Virus record (IMG/VR): IMGVR_UViG_3300036796_000121
Location: 1-61,448 of that record
Source: a virus
Lineage: Duplodnaviria > Caudoviricetes
Length of the DNA: 61,448 nt
Direction: 5' to 3' (one strand)
Part shown: positions 28,885 through 40,000 of the stretch, one piece after another
How positions within the stretch are numbered: position 1 is the stretch's first letter
Layout of the letters: every line of letters begins with the position of its first letter
Notes under the pieces: model-generated
What the model was told of the DNA's origin: nothing
The model's database searches: none
What the model saw: the letters and a program-made list of their open reading frames with translations, nothing else
Translations under genes and position numbers: made by a program

Positions 28885-31311
28885 CTATTCCTCCCTTTGT
28901 TTAAGCCAGGACTCAACACTCATTTTCTCGCCCCATCGATACCCTACGCTTCCTTCTGCTTCAATCGGAACTGGAAATCCTGGTACTGGAGGTTGCTCCA
29001 TAACTTGTTTAATTTGTTTTTCTACTGCCACTACAATCTCTGGATCCTCATCTATTTCAAAAATAATTTCATCGTGAATTTGCGCAATCATATCAGCACT
29101 ACCATGAGCTAGTACGCCTTCTTGTTTACCGATAGATTCGTAAATTTCATTTTGTACTTTCTTCATAATGTCAGCTGCACTACCTTGTACTGGTGTATTC
29201 GCTGCCTGTCTTTCAGCTGAGCCGCGATCTCTTCTATTCGCGCTGTTAATGCCAGGTAGTAATCTCATATATCCGTAAATTGTTTGTACATATCCTTGTT
29301 CTCTAGCTTCTAATACGATTTTGCGTTGATACTCTGGTATTCGTTTGTATGCTGTTTTAACGGCATTTACAATCTGAGCACATTCATCTAACGTTTTACG
29401 AATCAAGTACTTTGTTTTAAATGTGAACTGCAACGCGTGCTCAGTGCCTCCATAAGAGATACCGAAATTACCCGCCTTAGCATCTGTACGTTCTTTCTTC
29501 ACGATTTCATCCTCAGGCTTTCCAGTCATAACAGACGCGGTTCTACGGTGCATATCACCGCCTGTATTAAACAATTCCGTCATTACTTCATCGCCTGATT
29601 TCCACGCCATTAAGCGTAGCTCGAAACCTGAGAAGTCAATGAAGAATAGTATCTTTCCTGGTTTAGGTAAAAAGAAATTTCGGATACCAAATTCATCGTT
29701 ATCAGTTCTAGGTACATTCTGGCCATTCGGATTAAAACTGTTCAAACGTCCTGTTTCTGTAAATGGACTGTACCCTGCATGAATCCGTCCACTCATGAAA
29801 TTCAAGTATTTTTCACGTCCTACGATGTGTGAAGAAAGTAACGTCGTGTATTTTTGTATTTTCTTCAGCTGATCGATAACTTCCAGTGCTTGTTCTTTAT
29901 AAGGATGCGGTTCACGTTGTGCGATACGAATTGCTCCGCGTTCTAACTTATCTAAAGTAGGATCCTTTTCCGGATCAATACTTTCCAAATTTTCAGGCAA
30001 TAAAACACTGAGATACTTTTCCTCATCGATGTCATTCAGCTTATTTTCAAGCATAAATGCCATATCGATAAGTGCCTCTTGATCAAGACTTGCACCTGTT
30101 TTTCCGTACTTGGCCACCGGTATTTTTAAGTAATCAAACATTAAACTTTTTACTTCGTTCGTCTTGCCTGACTTACCGGTGTTTATGTCAACGTTGAACG
30201 TTTCTTTTGCGATTTGTTTAATACGTTCCGCGGCTTGTTCCTGCATAATTTCAGCTTCTTGTTTCTTTTGCGTAGCAAGGTTTGGATCCCATGCCATTCC
30301 CCAGTACTCCATAAGACCGATAACACGCGTGAAAGGCATTTCAATTTCACGCAGCCATTCCTCATATCGCGGAATTTGAGACGCAATTTGAGACCAATAC
30401 TCATAATGCTGCAGTGCATAATCCGCATCTTCAGCTGAGTAAAGCAATCCTTCTCCCTTACTCGCATCAATCTCGTCAAAGAAATCGACCTTATATTTCT
30501 TTAAAAGAGCTGTAAAGTCGTTCATCGTTACACCGAAAATGTGTTTTGTAGCGGGTTTTAAGCCCCATCCGCTTGTAGGTTTTTTCGGGTTATTAATCTT
30601 TTGAGGTGCTGCAATTTGTAAACACCGCACCCACATAATTAGTGGGTCTACTACCTTACCTAGAATGTACTTTCCGTACTTCGCTGCGTATTTCGTTTCA
30701 AAAGATAAGTTGACCGCAATTTTTAATACCTTTTCATTTTTAAATAGGTACTCATCAAGTAGATCTAATACAAGTTTTCTAGCTTCATCCCTATCCATAC
30801 TTGGTTCAAATACTTGGCCAACTTTATGTGAGATTGGAACGACGCGTGATTCATGAGCTGCTGCTGATAGTGATACCGTACAAATTTCACCTTTCCACGG
30901 ATCAAGTGGTGTTTTTAAATACGCTTTTTCTAAACTTTCTCTTCGGCTTTCTGCTTCTTTATCGTCAATAATACCTGTCGCACATGCTTCTTCTATACCT
31001 TCAAATGCTGTTTTATAATACGCTCTAATTTCTTCACTCGCTGCAGTCTCCCAATCAAATCCTGCTTTGCCTGTTTGTATACAACGCTCTAAGTATTTCT
31101 TTAAATCTGAAACTGTAAGAATGGCTTGATAGTCTTTCACTTGTTGAGGTTCTACTTTTGGCCAAACAATATCAAATTGTCCTGGTTTCTTCTTTTTCTC
31201 CATTTCTACCGCTAGTTTTGATTCTTTTGCGGGGACCTGTTTTTTACTACTTGCTAATGTTTTCGGTTTTCCGAATAGACTTCCGAGTTTCATATTTTCA
31301 CTTCCAGTCAT
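28885..31311 (-). CDS. polA: DNA polymerase family A with 3'-5' exonuclease
   Basis: FDWET exonuclease I, TGRLNSFNPN, DFSGFELR (motif A), R..AKAGNFGISYG (B), QIHDE (C). Confidence 0.95.
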   Translation of the reverse strand: MTGSENMKLGSLFGKPKTLASSKKQVPAKESKLAVEMEKKKKPGQFDIVWPKVEPQQVKDYQAILTVSDLKKYLERCIQTGKAGFDWETAASEEIRAYYKTAFEGIEEACATGIIDDKEAESRRESLEKAYLKTPLDPWKGEICTVSLSAAAHESRVVPISHKVGQVFEPSMDRDEARKLVLDLLDEYLFKNEKVLKIAVNLSFETKYAAKYGKYILGKVVDPLIMWVRCLQIAAPQKINNPKKPTSGWGLKPATKHIFGVTMNDFTALLKKYKVDFFDEIDASKGEGLLYSAEDADYALQHYEYWSQIASQIPRYEEWLREIEMPFTRVIGLMEYWGMAWDPNLATQKKQEAEIMQEQAAERIKQIAKETFNVDINTGKSGKTNEVKSLMFDYLKIPVAKYGKTGASLDQEALIDMAFMLENKLNDIDEEKYLSVLLPENLESIDPEKDPTLDKLERGAIRIAQREPHPYKEQALEVIDQLKKIQKYTTLLSSHIVGREKYLNFMSGRIHAGYSPFTETGRLNSFNPNGQNVPRTDNDEFGIRNFFLPKPGKILFFIDFSGFELRLMAWKSGDEVMTELFNTGGDMHRRTASVMTGKPEDEIVKKERTDAKAGNFGISYGGTEHALQFTFKTKYLIRKTLDECAQIVNAVKTAYKRIPEYQRKIVLEAREQGYVQTIYGYMRLLPGINSANRRDRGSAERQAANTPVQGSAADIMKKVQNEIYESIGKQEGVLAHGSADMIAQIHDEIIFEIDEDPEIVVAVEKQIKQVMEQPPVPGFPVPIEAEGSVGYRWGEKMSVESWLKQREE

Positions 31312-31334
31312 ATTTAAATAGCTTGTCCATATAA

Positions 31335-34300
31335 TTAGTAGTACTCATCTTGTATATGATCAAAGAGCCCCTTTTTCATGCAATAGGAAATGTATGCATT
31401 AAAGCGTGGTGTTTTTCGATAACCACCGCTTGTTAAAAGGATCATCCTCATTTTCGCTAATTGATTTACAATTGCTTTTGCTTCTTCTTTATCGATAGAC
31501 AACATAGCCTCAACATCACCAAGTCGTAAGTACTTCTGTTGAGCAAATAGCTTGATAAATTCATAGAACTTCATTTCACCTGTCAACGTATCGATTTTCT
31601 TAAGGTCTGTCGTAAACTTCTCATATCTTTCTTCTGTCATTTCTTCCTCTTTTATTGCCAAACGAGCATAGTAATTCAGGCCACAACCTGGAGCATTGTA
31701 TAACGCTTTTAAGTACTCCCCTATAAACTCAACGTGTCCTGGCCAAACTTGAATCCGTTCTCCTGATTCATCTACTGAATGTGTAAGAGCTGCAAGCGCA
31801 ACTGCTAATCGTGCTACTTTATTCCGTTGATCAGAAGGGGAAACAAGCGGTATATCATTCGCGTTTCCGTATACTTTCGCAAGGTCTGTCGCAACATCCA
31901 GTACTTTATCAATCGTACCGTCCGTAAACAATACATCTTCCGGCTTTCGTGACCAAGCGTATAAGATATTATTTTTTAATGTATCTTTCTGAATGATTGA
32001 TGGATACGTAGCAAGTGTTTGATTATATAATTCAGGATCCACGTCACTCGCTCTCATAAAGACTGCAAAGTCAAAGCGTCGGATATCCTCATTATTGAAA
32101 ATATCTTTTAAGCTTTCCGCACCTTGAGAATAGTCAGCAAGTCGTTTCCCTTTCGGTACGTTCCCTGACATAATGGCGCGCACACGACAAGGCGTTTCAG
32201 CTGTTACAGCTCGTTTGACTTCTAACTTACCGTCAGAACGGGCAAGTGTCATTTCACCATAATCATCTTTCGTAATCCCTGTATCCTCATCGATCCAAAT
32301 CATTTCTTTGTCTGCAAGTGGCCACGCGCCCCAAACGATGTACCACGCACCCTGTGCACCTGACTGTTCCATCTTGTACGTTAGACCTGTACGAGAAGTA
32401 CTTTCTGCATTTACTCGTGTTCCAAGCCCCGCATATTTCATTACTTTTTCAATGAGCGCTGACTTACCGGTACCTGTATCACCAACTATTTTTAATTCCA
32501 GCCACCCACGTAATGGATTTAAATCCCAAGGCACTTTAAAACGTAGAACACTATGAAGAGTCAATAACACTGCAAGTAGCGTCTCATCACGCTCTACAAT
32601 GTGTGTTACGTTGTACGTTAAGTCGTTACAAATAGCTCCCAACTTTTGCTCAATTGATTCAGCTGTATAATCCGCTGGTTGGAATGTCGCTAAATCTTCT
32701 TTTACTTGTTCAGTTATCTCAAAGCTTTCAACAACGTCCTGAAGTGGTGTAGCACTCTTTACGAGTAACGTTGACTCCTGATTCTTTGGATGCGGGTATA
32801 CATAACCGGTTAACTCGTAGTACTTGTTTTCACTTACGTTTAGTCCATTTACGGCGTACACTTTTCGTAGTACATAATTCCCTTTATGCTGCTCTTGCTT
32901 TTCGTCATCTTCCTCAGCCATCGGGATTACAAGTAACTCCTCCACGTTCATATTTTCTAAAATATCCGTATTGTATTTCGGACAATTCGGAATGCCTGAT
33001 ATTTCTCGTAAAATGCCTTTTATGTTATCGTCACCTACACCCGTCATTTGAATAACTTCCCTGTCACTCACCCCCAGGTCTTTATACCCTGTATGAGTAT
33101 GGATGTCGTATAACGGGCAATGTACCTTTTTACAACTTTCTCTACCCCAGCAATGGTACTCAATGTTTTTAGGAATGATGTAAGGCGTATGCTTTTTACC
33201 TGCAACCATGATGCGAGTTTTTACAAGCTTTCCAGTAAGATCTGCATTGCCTGTCTCCGCTAAATGAAGTAGCTTTGCATTTTCCTCTTCTTCGGCATTT
33301 TTCTTAATACAGTGACACATATCACCAGCACACGCTACACGTTCATAATCTTTGCTTCCTGGTTTCTTTTCGCCATGTAGTGAACGAATAAACGCGCAAC
33401 CGAATTTGTATGTATTATCACCGCTGTATACCGCATCGATAACACTTCTCGTATTTGCAACACGTTGTTGCTTACCATACTCGTTATCCTCAGATGTAAA
33501 TTTAAGCACCCATTCTTCCAGTGTTTTCAGCGTTTCTTCCCTTGTGTACCCTGCATCCTTAAAGTAACAAGCAAGCTGTACTGTTGCTTGGTTTCGGTCA
33601 CCGTCTTTTTTCCAGCCGCCGTTTAAAATATCAACTACACATGCCGGTGGTTTGCCTTTCTTAAACTGGAATTCCTCTTTCACATATTTACGAGCACTCG
33701 TTGCTGCAGCTTGTTCGTATTCTTCCGTTTTATTTATTAGTAAATACCCCGTACGAGGTCTGTATTTCATTGCCTTTTTACGTTCTTCTGCCGTATAAGG
33801 TAGATCTTCAGCGTGTCTCGGTGCCCTTGCTAACTCCTTTATTTCTTCCAGCGTTAATTTGTTTAATTCATTTACACTGATTTCTGTTTTAAATAGGTTT
33901 GTTTTTTGATGCATACTGTTCGGTAAACGAATCATCCGCTTTTCTGTATACACCACAAGGTCTAGTGACGTGAGTCCTAGTCGATGGACTAAGTACCCAG
34001 CCATATGCTTGAAGATTTTATGAAGGTCGTTTCTCGGTTCAATACCGAGCGCATCGGAGCTTATTAAGATGTGGAATCCTTTTGATCCAGAAAAGTATAC
34101 CCACATATCCGATTCACGAATGTCCATTTCTACCGTAAAAAATTCCACCAGCTTTATTGCATCCTTTTGGCTGACTGATGGGTCTTCCGCATGGTCAAGG
34201 TCAAAATATAGGGGAGCAATAAATGCCTCCCCCTTTACTTTTGTGTCGTTCGCAAATCGTTGAACTGTAGCAAAGCAATTGAAATTGAATGCCTCTCCCG

Positions 34301-34421
34301 TTTGGAATTGCTTCACTTCAGAAGATGGGATTCGTTTCCACGGAATGCTTCTACCGTTCTGATTGCTGTACCATGCGTCTACATATTGATACTCACTTGT
34401 TTTGTCTTTCTTTTTTGCCAT
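31335..34421 (-). CDS. AEP primase-polymerase / MCM helicase fusion (BcMCM-like)
   Basis: FDLDH and YFSGSKGFH AEP motifs, PriCT-like GDRNQ, Cys cluster, IVGDTGTGKS Walker A, WIDED Walker B, IRRFD Arg finger. Confidence 0.9.
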   Translation of the reverse strand: MAKKKDKTSEYQYVDAWYSNQNGRSIPWKRIPSSEVKQFQTGEAFNFNCFATVQRFANDTKVKGEAFIAPLYFDLDHAEDPSVSQKDAIKLVEFFTVEMDIRESDMWVYFSGSKGFHILISSDALGIEPRNDLHKIFKHMAGYLVHRLGLTSLDLVVYTEKRMIRLPNSMHQKTNLFKTEISVNELNKLTLEEIKELARAPRHAEDLPYTAEERKKAMKYRPRTGYLLINKTEEYEQAAATSARKYVKEEFQFKKGKPPACVVDILNGGWKKDGDRNQATVQLACYFKDAGYTREETLKTLEEWVLKFTSEDNEYGKQQRVANTRSVIDAVYSGDNTYKFGCAFIRSLHGEKKPGSKDYERVACAGDMCHCIKKNAEEEENAKLLHLAETGNADLTGKLVKTRIMVAGKKHTPYIIPKNIEYHCWGRESCKKVHCPLYDIHTHTGYKDLGVSDREVIQMTGVGDDNIKGILREISGIPNCPKYNTDILENMNVEELLVIPMAEEDDEKQEQHKGNYVLRKVYAVNGLNVSENKYYELTGYVYPHPKNQESTLLVKSATPLQDVVESFEITEQVKEDLATFQPADYTAESIEQKLGAICNDLTYNVTHIVERDETLLAVLLTLHSVLRFKVPWDLNPLRGWLELKIVGDTGTGKSALIEKVMKYAGLGTRVNAESTSRTGLTYKMEQSGAQGAWYIVWGAWPLADKEMIWIDEDTGITKDDYGEMTLARSDGKLEVKRAVTAETPCRVRAIMSGNVPKGKRLADYSQGAESLKDIFNNEDIRRFDFAVFMRASDVDPELYNQTLATYPSIIQKDTLKNNILYAWSRKPEDVLFTDGTIDKVLDVATDLAKVYGNANDIPLVSPSDQRNKVARLAVALAALTHSVDESGERIQVWPGHVEFIGEYLKALYNAPGCGLNYYARLAIKEEEMTEERYEKFTTDLKKIDTLTGEMKFYEFIKLFAQQKYLRLGDVEAMLSIDKEEAKAIVNQLAKMRMILLTSGGYRKTPRFNAYISYCMKKGLFDHIQDEYY

Positions 34422-34440
34422 TTGTAGACGCCCTCCTTAT

Positions 34441-35184
34441 TTATTCTGAAGCTTTTTCTGCTTGTTCTGTTTCTTCTACGTTAATTCCGTAATCTTCCGG
34501 CTTGAATACTCCTACAGGTTGGAAGTCGATACCGATCCATTGGTTACTAGCATTTGTACGACTCTTACGTTCTGTCGTTACTAAACGCGTAACAATTTTG
34601 TTGACACCTAATTTAGATGGAACACCAAGCGCTTTATATTTTCCTGTGTACACATTCATTGCAAAGCGACCGAAGATAATCGTATCTGTTGGACTGAAAC
34701 TCATTAAGTAAAAACGAGGGAAATCATCTGGACTTAGTGTTGATACTGGAACAACTGATGCCATATAACGAAGCTGAATATCGTCTAATTCGTAACGTTC
34801 CTCCGCTTGTGGATTTTCAGCTAACCATTGATTGAAAACGACTTCCGCTTCTTCTTTTGTTTTTTCCGCTACAATCAACTGACCATCTTCAGGAGAATCT
34901 TGTTTCCCCCATACAGACCAACGTTGCTCGCCGTATCCGATTACTACATCGATATTGTCACCGTACATTACATTTTCATCATCTTTTTCTACGAAGTTCC
35001 CTTTCTTGTTAACTGTTAACCATTCGCCCATACGGACGAAATCCATGTCCAGACCATTATTTGCTTCAACGAATCCTTGCTTTGTTTCTTCTAAAATAGC
35101 TGAAATATAATTACTGCCACTGTTTGTTTTCGCTACCGCGTTATTTTGTACCACTACTTCATTTTGATTGGTTTCTTGTGTCAT
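34441..35184 (-). CDS. Putative single-stranded DNA-binding protein
   Basis: Position in the replication cluster; aromatic beta-rich core; acidic C-terminal tail. Confidence 0.5.
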   Translation of the reverse strand: MTQETNQNEVVVQNNAVAKTNSGSNYISAILEETKQGFVEANNGLDMDFVRMGEWLTVNKKGNFVEKDDENVMYGDNIDVVIGYGEQRWSVWGKQDSPEDGQLIVAEKTKEEAEVVFNQWLAENPQAEERYELDDIQLRYMASVVPVSTLSPDDFPRFYLMSFSPTDTIIFGRFAMNVYTGKYKALGVPSKLGVNKIVTRLVTTERKSRTNASNQWIGIDFQPVGVFKPEDYGINVEETEQAEKASE

Positions 35185-35453
35185 TATTGTTTCCTCCCGC
35201 GCCCCTGTAGGCTATTTTTTTTCCATGCTTTACGTTTTGCTTGGCTTTTCTTTTTCCGATAAGTTACTTGTCTTCTACGCTTGGTACGTTTCGTTTCAAG
35301 TTGTTGAACTTCTTGTATAAAAGGTTGCATTTTTTTAACTGTTGTTACCACTTCATTACCGATACCTTGAAACATCGTTTTCAAAGTATTCCAAGCCTTA
35401 CCAACCATAGCCAGAACCGACTTTACAGCTTTTGTTTTCTCATCTTGATCCAC
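35184..35453 (-). CDS. Basic hypothetical protein
   Basis: 89 aa, Lys/Arg-rich C-terminus, GAGGTG RBS. Confidence 0.6.
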   Translation of the reverse strand: MDQDEKTKAVKSVLAMVGKAWNTLKTMFQGIGNEVVTTVKKMQPFIQEVQQLETKRTKRRRQVTYRKKKSQAKRKAWKKNSLQGRGRKQ

Positions 35454-35542
35454 TTACTTCACCTCTTTCGCTGAAGCAATCAATTCTGTAATTTCATAAA
35501 GCGCACCTACATATTCATACTTTTCCATCGTTATCACCCCTT

Positions 35543-37222
35543 TCACCAAGGCATATCATTTAAGAAACTAGCTACTGTATCGCGTTCTGCTTTCGGCTTT
35601 CTTGGTACAGTCAATCCGATACGGCTGTATACTTTCCTGCGGCTGTGGTATTGGTCCTTAAACACCCCGACGTTGTAGTCAACGTAATCAAACCAATGCG
35701 CTTTCTTCTCCGGATTGTTCCGATCAGGACGCATGATACGTCCGATTTCTTGCTCTACCGATGAACCACTATTACTTTCACGGGAATCACCACGTTTAGG
35801 CATTACCATGTGGCCAACTGCTAAATGCTGCATGTCTAGTCCTTCACGTGCTAACTGTGTAGCGAATAAAATGTCTACTTCTTTTCGGTCGCAAGCTTCT
35901 AAAATGTCTTTACGTTGTTGCTTTGTTACTTGCCATTCGCGAATTTCTTTTTCTGAATACTGCGCAACCTTTACTTGCCAACCATGCTTTCCTTGCTTTT
36001 TATCAACCGCATAACCGCTATCGATAAGTTGCTGCGCATGTTTTTCGCTTTTCGCTTTTCTCCAGGTGTAACGACTGATTCCACCATGTACGACTGCTGT
36101 TCTAACATCAATACCGAATTTCTTTTTAGCCATTTGTTTTACGAGTTCCTCGAGTACAAAACAGTAACGAACGGACTCTGTTATAACGATGGATGAACCT
36201 AAGCTTGCAGACCCAACAATATTCTCAGCAACTAACTTCGCACGCTTTTTATCAGAAATGAGGTGTCGTATTAAATCTGTATAATCAAGATCTTCTCCAC
36301 CTGCATCCACACTATCAATCTCGTTACGGTTACTTGCTGTTTCATAATTGAATTCTGTATACACAAATTTCACTGTAGGCTTTATTAATCTTCCAGCCTC
36401 GTACATCCCGTCTCTACTAATCTCATACACTTTCGGGCCGACACCGTTGTACATATAAATTTCCAATCCATCTTTCCGAGAAGGTGTTGCTGTAAGACCA
36501 ATCATGTTTTGAGCAGTTAATTTCCCAGCTGTTTCAATGAATTGTATCGCAGGAAAATGATGAGCTTCATCCACTACTACTGTTCCGATAAAGTCATTTA
36601 GAGCATCGATTAGTTGTGGATTCCGCTGTAAGGTTTGCACTGTAGCGACAATTAAATTACCGTCTCCCCAATCATGTACTCCGTCACCGAAAAAGCCGAT
36701 ACGACCGATACCAGACATTGTAGCCTTAGCTCGCTTTGCGGATTGATACATTAAATCTTTTGTATGTGTAAGCCATAAAGCAGCTCTCCCTTTTTCATAA
36801 ATGTAGCGCATACCCATTACGGTTTTACCTGAACCAGCCGGTGCTACACCTATTCCATTTTCTTGCATAAGTGCTTCAACCATCGGTATCTGGTCTTCTT
36901 TTAAAACAAAGTCAGCATTCCATTCTCTGAAACTAACATCTCGGCCATATGAAATCTGTGACGTAATAACTTTTTCTGGATCGTATCCTAAGTTTTTCAG
37001 CACATCCTCCAGTTTTTTTAGAAAACCTCGAGGCGTAACAATATCACCTCTGTCATAGACAAATAGCTCAAGCTTTGGTTGTACACCCCATGTAGGTCTA
37101 CGTTGTTTTTTCGCTTTCGTATACGCTGGATTATCAAATGTTAGTGCCTTAGTAATTGCCGCCTTAAGAGGTGTACTAGCACCTCTTATTCGGATGTTGT
37201 GTTTTACAAAGATTTGTAGCAA
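35543..37222 (-). CDS. SF2 DEAH-box helicase
   Basis: APAGSGKT, VVVDEAHH, GLTATP, EGLD and QEIGRIMR motifs; probable TTG start at 37222. Confidence 0.92.
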   Translation of the reverse strand: MLQIFVKHNIRIRGASTPLKAAITKALTFDNPAYTKAKKQRRPTWGVQPKLELFVYDRGDIVTPRGFLKKLEDVLKNLGYDPEKVITSQISYGRDVSFREWNADFVLKEDQIPMVEALMQENGIGVAPAGSGKTVMGMRYIYEKGRAALWLTHTKDLMYQSAKRAKATMSGIGRIGFFGDGVHDWGDGNLIVATVQTLQRNPQLIDALNDFIGTVVVDEAHHFPAIQFIETAGKLTAQNMIGLTATPSRKDGLEIYMYNGVGPKVYEISRDGMYEAGRLIKPTVKFVYTEFNYETASNRNEIDSVDAGGEDLDYTDLIRHLISDKKRAKLVAENIVGSASLGSSIVITESVRYCFVLEELVKQMAKKKFGIDVRTAVVHGGISRYTWRKAKSEKHAQQLIDSGYAVDKKQGKHGWQVKVAQYSEKEIREWQVTKQQRKDILEACDRKEVDILFATQLAREGLDMQHLAVGHMVMPKRGDSRESNSGSSVEQEIGRIMRPDRNNPEKKAHWFDYVDYNVGVFKDQYHSRRKVYSRIGLTVPRKPKAERDTVASFLNDMPW

Positions 37223-37722
37223 GTGAGCACCCCCGATAGATCGTAAGAAGGTTCGTGGTATGTAAGTCTTGGAAGTGGTACACAAGGAACCGTCTGATTT
37301 TGAAACTCTTCAAGTTTTATATGGTTCACATTTCGTTTTTTCATATGAATAAGAGCTGTAATAAGCCTGAATGCATAAGCTTCATCAAGTCCTTTACTCT
37401 CGTTTAGAAAGCTGATAAATACTAAACCTAAATTTCTAGCAATAATCTGATCAAAATCTCGTAAGCCGAGAATCTGATTCGGTCTCATATAATCAAGTGA
37501 AAATCTACGACTCTCAGTACGTTTCATTTCTGCTAATATATTTACTTCAGGTGTTAATACAATCTCATCACCTGGACGAGTTGCACCTGCACCATCTGCT
37601 ATTCTCATGCGCCATACATTCGGAATTTCTCTCCAGCTTCTTCTAATTTCAGATTGGAAGTCATCCCCACGTTGCTGCCGTTCACGTTGTTTATTTCTCA
37701 TTGCTGTTTGTTTTGGATCCAT
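37204..37722 (-). CDS. RecU-like PD-(D/E)xK Holliday junction resolvase
   Basis: RG..FQ, PGD, AEMK motifs and R..Q. Confidence 0.7.
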   Translation of the reverse strand: MDPKQTAMRNKQRERQQRGDDFQSEIRRSWREIPNVWRMRIADGAGATRPGDEIVLTPEVNILAEMKRTESRRFSLDYMRPNQILGLRDFDQIIARNLGLVFISFLNESKGLDEAYAFRLITALIHMKKRNVNHIKLEEFQNQTVPCVPLPRLTYHEPSYDLSGVLTCYKSL

Positions 37723-37731
37723 AGCAACCTC

Positions 37732-38283
37732 CTACGCCAAAAACTTCAATAGATTTGCTTGTACATAGGCTTTTGCTTTTACCAGATCAGCCGATTCTTT
37801 TGCTGTTTCCCACGCATCTTTTGTTTGATAAATTTTAATATCAATTGAAGCTAATTCCTGCTCTACATCAGTAAGCTGTTGACGTTCCTCTTTACTGTAA
37901 TGTTGTCGATACGCATCACGTAATGTATCATTCGTAAGGGCTACTTTTTGATCATTTACATAAGCAAACTGATTACGCCCCTCACCTTGAATTTGCATAA
38001 ACGCTTCGGCTTCTTTTAGTTCTACAGCAGTTTTAAGTTTCACTTTTTGCTTAATTAACTCTGCTTTCTTCCCATAAGCTTCTTCACGTGCCTTACCTTT
38101 TTCAAGAACATCCTGTACTGCAGCATCTATTTGTTGTAAGGATGCTTGTAACTCAAGTGGATCTAATACACGAACGAAATCAGTAGGTACCTTCTTACCT
38201 AAAATTTCTCTTGCTGCAGCAAGTAATTTTTCTGTCCCATGTACATCTTGCAGACTACGAATCTGATTATTTAGTTCAGTCAT
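37732..38283 (-). CDS. Coiled-coil hypothetical protein (UvsY-like NDxxRxAY motif)
   Basis: Long helical ORF; LTNDTLRDAY. Confidence 0.55.
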   Translation of the reverse strand: MTELNNQIRSLQDVHGTEKLLAAAREILGKKVPTDFVRVLDPLELQASLQQIDAAVQDVLEKGKAREEAYGKKAELIKQKVKLKTAVELKEAEAFMQIQGEGRNQFAYVNDQKVALTNDTLRDAYRQHYSKEERQQLTDVEQELASIDIKIYQTKDAWETAKESADLVKAKAYVQANLLKFLA

Positions 38284-38564
38284 AGATTAAGTCCCCCATC
38301 TTTTTGTATTGCCACAACTAATTTCTCAATCGTTACCGACTTTTTCACTACCTGTTCGATTGTGATATTCATCGTTTCAACGCGGTCATGCTCCTCTTTG
38401 TTGTAACCCGCTACGCTTATCATTAGAGGTGAAAACTCTACCACTATAGCGTTCCAATTATTTTTATTACTGCTGTTATATCCATATTTCTTACTTGCAG
38501 TAACTTGTACCGCCGTACCTTCGCTTAATTCGTTCTCATCAAACTGCGGTTTATTTACAATCAT
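38280..38564 (-). CDS. Hypothetical protein
   Basis: 94-aa translationally coupled ORF. Confidence 0.65.
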   Translation of the reverse strand: MIVNKPQFDENELSEGTAVQVTASKKYGYNSSNKNNWNAIVVEFSPLMISVAGYNKEEHDRVETMNITIEQVVKKSVTIEKLVVAIQKDGGLNL

Positions 38565-39544
38565 GCTCGTAATCCCTCCTTTGCTTCTGCTATTTTCGTT
38601 AACGCTATTTCTACCACGTCAGGATTAATGCAATCTGTTTTGGCAATGCTTTCGATAATTGTATTAATATCAACCAATACATCTTCTCCTGTTTCTGTTT
38701 GAATCAAAGAAGCGAACTCTTCCATTGCGTAGGCACGTTTTTTCTCCGCTTCAATTCGGCTACGGTCAAGTACTTCTTCTCCAGGCTTTGCACTTTGAAG
38801 TGGGATGCGTTCTAAATCAAATACACCTGGTGATTTCACATCGATAAGAAGTACTTGTATCGGTCTACTAATCTCAGCTTCTGAAGCCGACAGACGTGTG
38901 ATACTACCGATATTCGCAAATACTTTTCCATCTGAACGGTTATAAACACCGAAACCTGTATGATCATGGCCACACAAAACCAAATCCGCCTCTGTTTTTA
39001 CATCCTGTACTTTTGTGTATCGGTCAAAAGGTGGATCATGATCAAGTAGCATACCGTGTGATACATGTATTTTAGTTGACTCGTAATCTTCAATAACTTC
39101 TGGCGAATAACCATAGCCAGCTTTATCAATTTGATCATTGTATGGTGTAAATGTAAGCTGTACATGATTACCATCTTGATGAAACATTTGAGCTTGCCCA
39201 GGGTCATTAATGACTGTAAGCTGCGGAACAATTAATTCCAGTACCTTAAGGCTTGTCCGTTCATACGTTGCTAAGTTATATCCATAAATATCGTGATTAC
39301 CAGCTGTCGTATAAATTGAAACTGGACTCTCCTTCAATACCTTTGCAAACTCTAGTAACACGCCTGTCGTAACTTCTGGTCTATCAAACGTATCACCAGG
39401 CTGAATAATTGCTGTCACACCTTTATACTTAGCTAATGCAAAAATCTCCCGCAATTTCGCAATTAATGCCTCTTTATAGTTATCTTTACGGTTACGAGGG
39501 TTTGTACCTCGTATATGTGGATCCCCGAAATATAGAAACTTCAT
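38561..39544 (-). CDS. sbcD: SbcD/Mre11-like metallophosphoesterase nuclease
   Basis: GDPH, GDTFD, GNHD, HG and GHDH motifs; start MKFLYF at 39544. Confidence 0.9.
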   Translation of the reverse strand: MKFLYFGDPHIRGTNPRNRKDNYKEALIAKLREIFALAKYKGVTAIIQPGDTFDRPEVTTGVLLEFAKVLKESPVSIYTTAGNHDIYGYNLATYERTSLKVLELIVPQLTVINDPGQAQMFHQDGNHVQLTFTPYNDQIDKAGYGYSPEVIEDYESTKIHVSHGMLLDHDPPFDRYTKVQDVKTEADLVLCGHDHTGFGVYNRSDGKVFANIGSITRLSASEAEISRPIQVLLIDVKSPGVFDLERIPLQSAKPGEEVLDRSRIEAEKKRAYAMEEFASLIQTETGEDVLVDINTIIESIAKTDCINPDVVEIALTKIAEAKEGLRA

Positions 39545-39618
39545 ACTCTCACCTCTGTTTTTTCGTGTTCCGCGTAACGTTGTATCTAAGGTAATTCCAC
39601 CATCAACAATGTGCCGCA

Positions 39619-39990
39619 TTAGTGAAGGTTGTTTGATTCTTTTTTCTTAATAACTTGTTTTGTGATTTCACCTGTTTCAGTATCTAACGTCAAATTATCC
39701 TCACCGTTTATACCTAATTCAGAGTTAATATCAGACCATACAGCATCGTGCCATTCCTCTAATCCTTTGGTCGCATTATCTAATTTCTTTTTATATTTTT
39801 CTTTAATTGGTTCAAGTTCAGCCTTTAGTTCTTTAGCCACTGCTTCTTTAATTGCTTCTGTTTCTTTACGAATACGTAGTAATTCATGCACTTGTTCTTC
39901 AGTTGCTTGACCTACAACTTCCTCTTTCACTTCTACACCTACAGCCGCTGCAGCCAAGTCTTTTAGAAAACATTTAATACACATATCCAA
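39619..39990 (-). CDS. Hypothetical protein
   Basis: MCIKC N-terminus plus coiled coil. Confidence 0.65.
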   Translation of the reverse strand: MDMCIKCFLKDLAAAAVGVEVKEEVVGQATEEQVHELLRIRKETEAIKEAVAKELKAELEPIKEKYKKKLDNATKGLEEWHDAVWSDINSELGINGEDNLTLDTETGEITKQVIKKKESNNLH

Positions 39991-40000
39991 ATCTCCCTTT

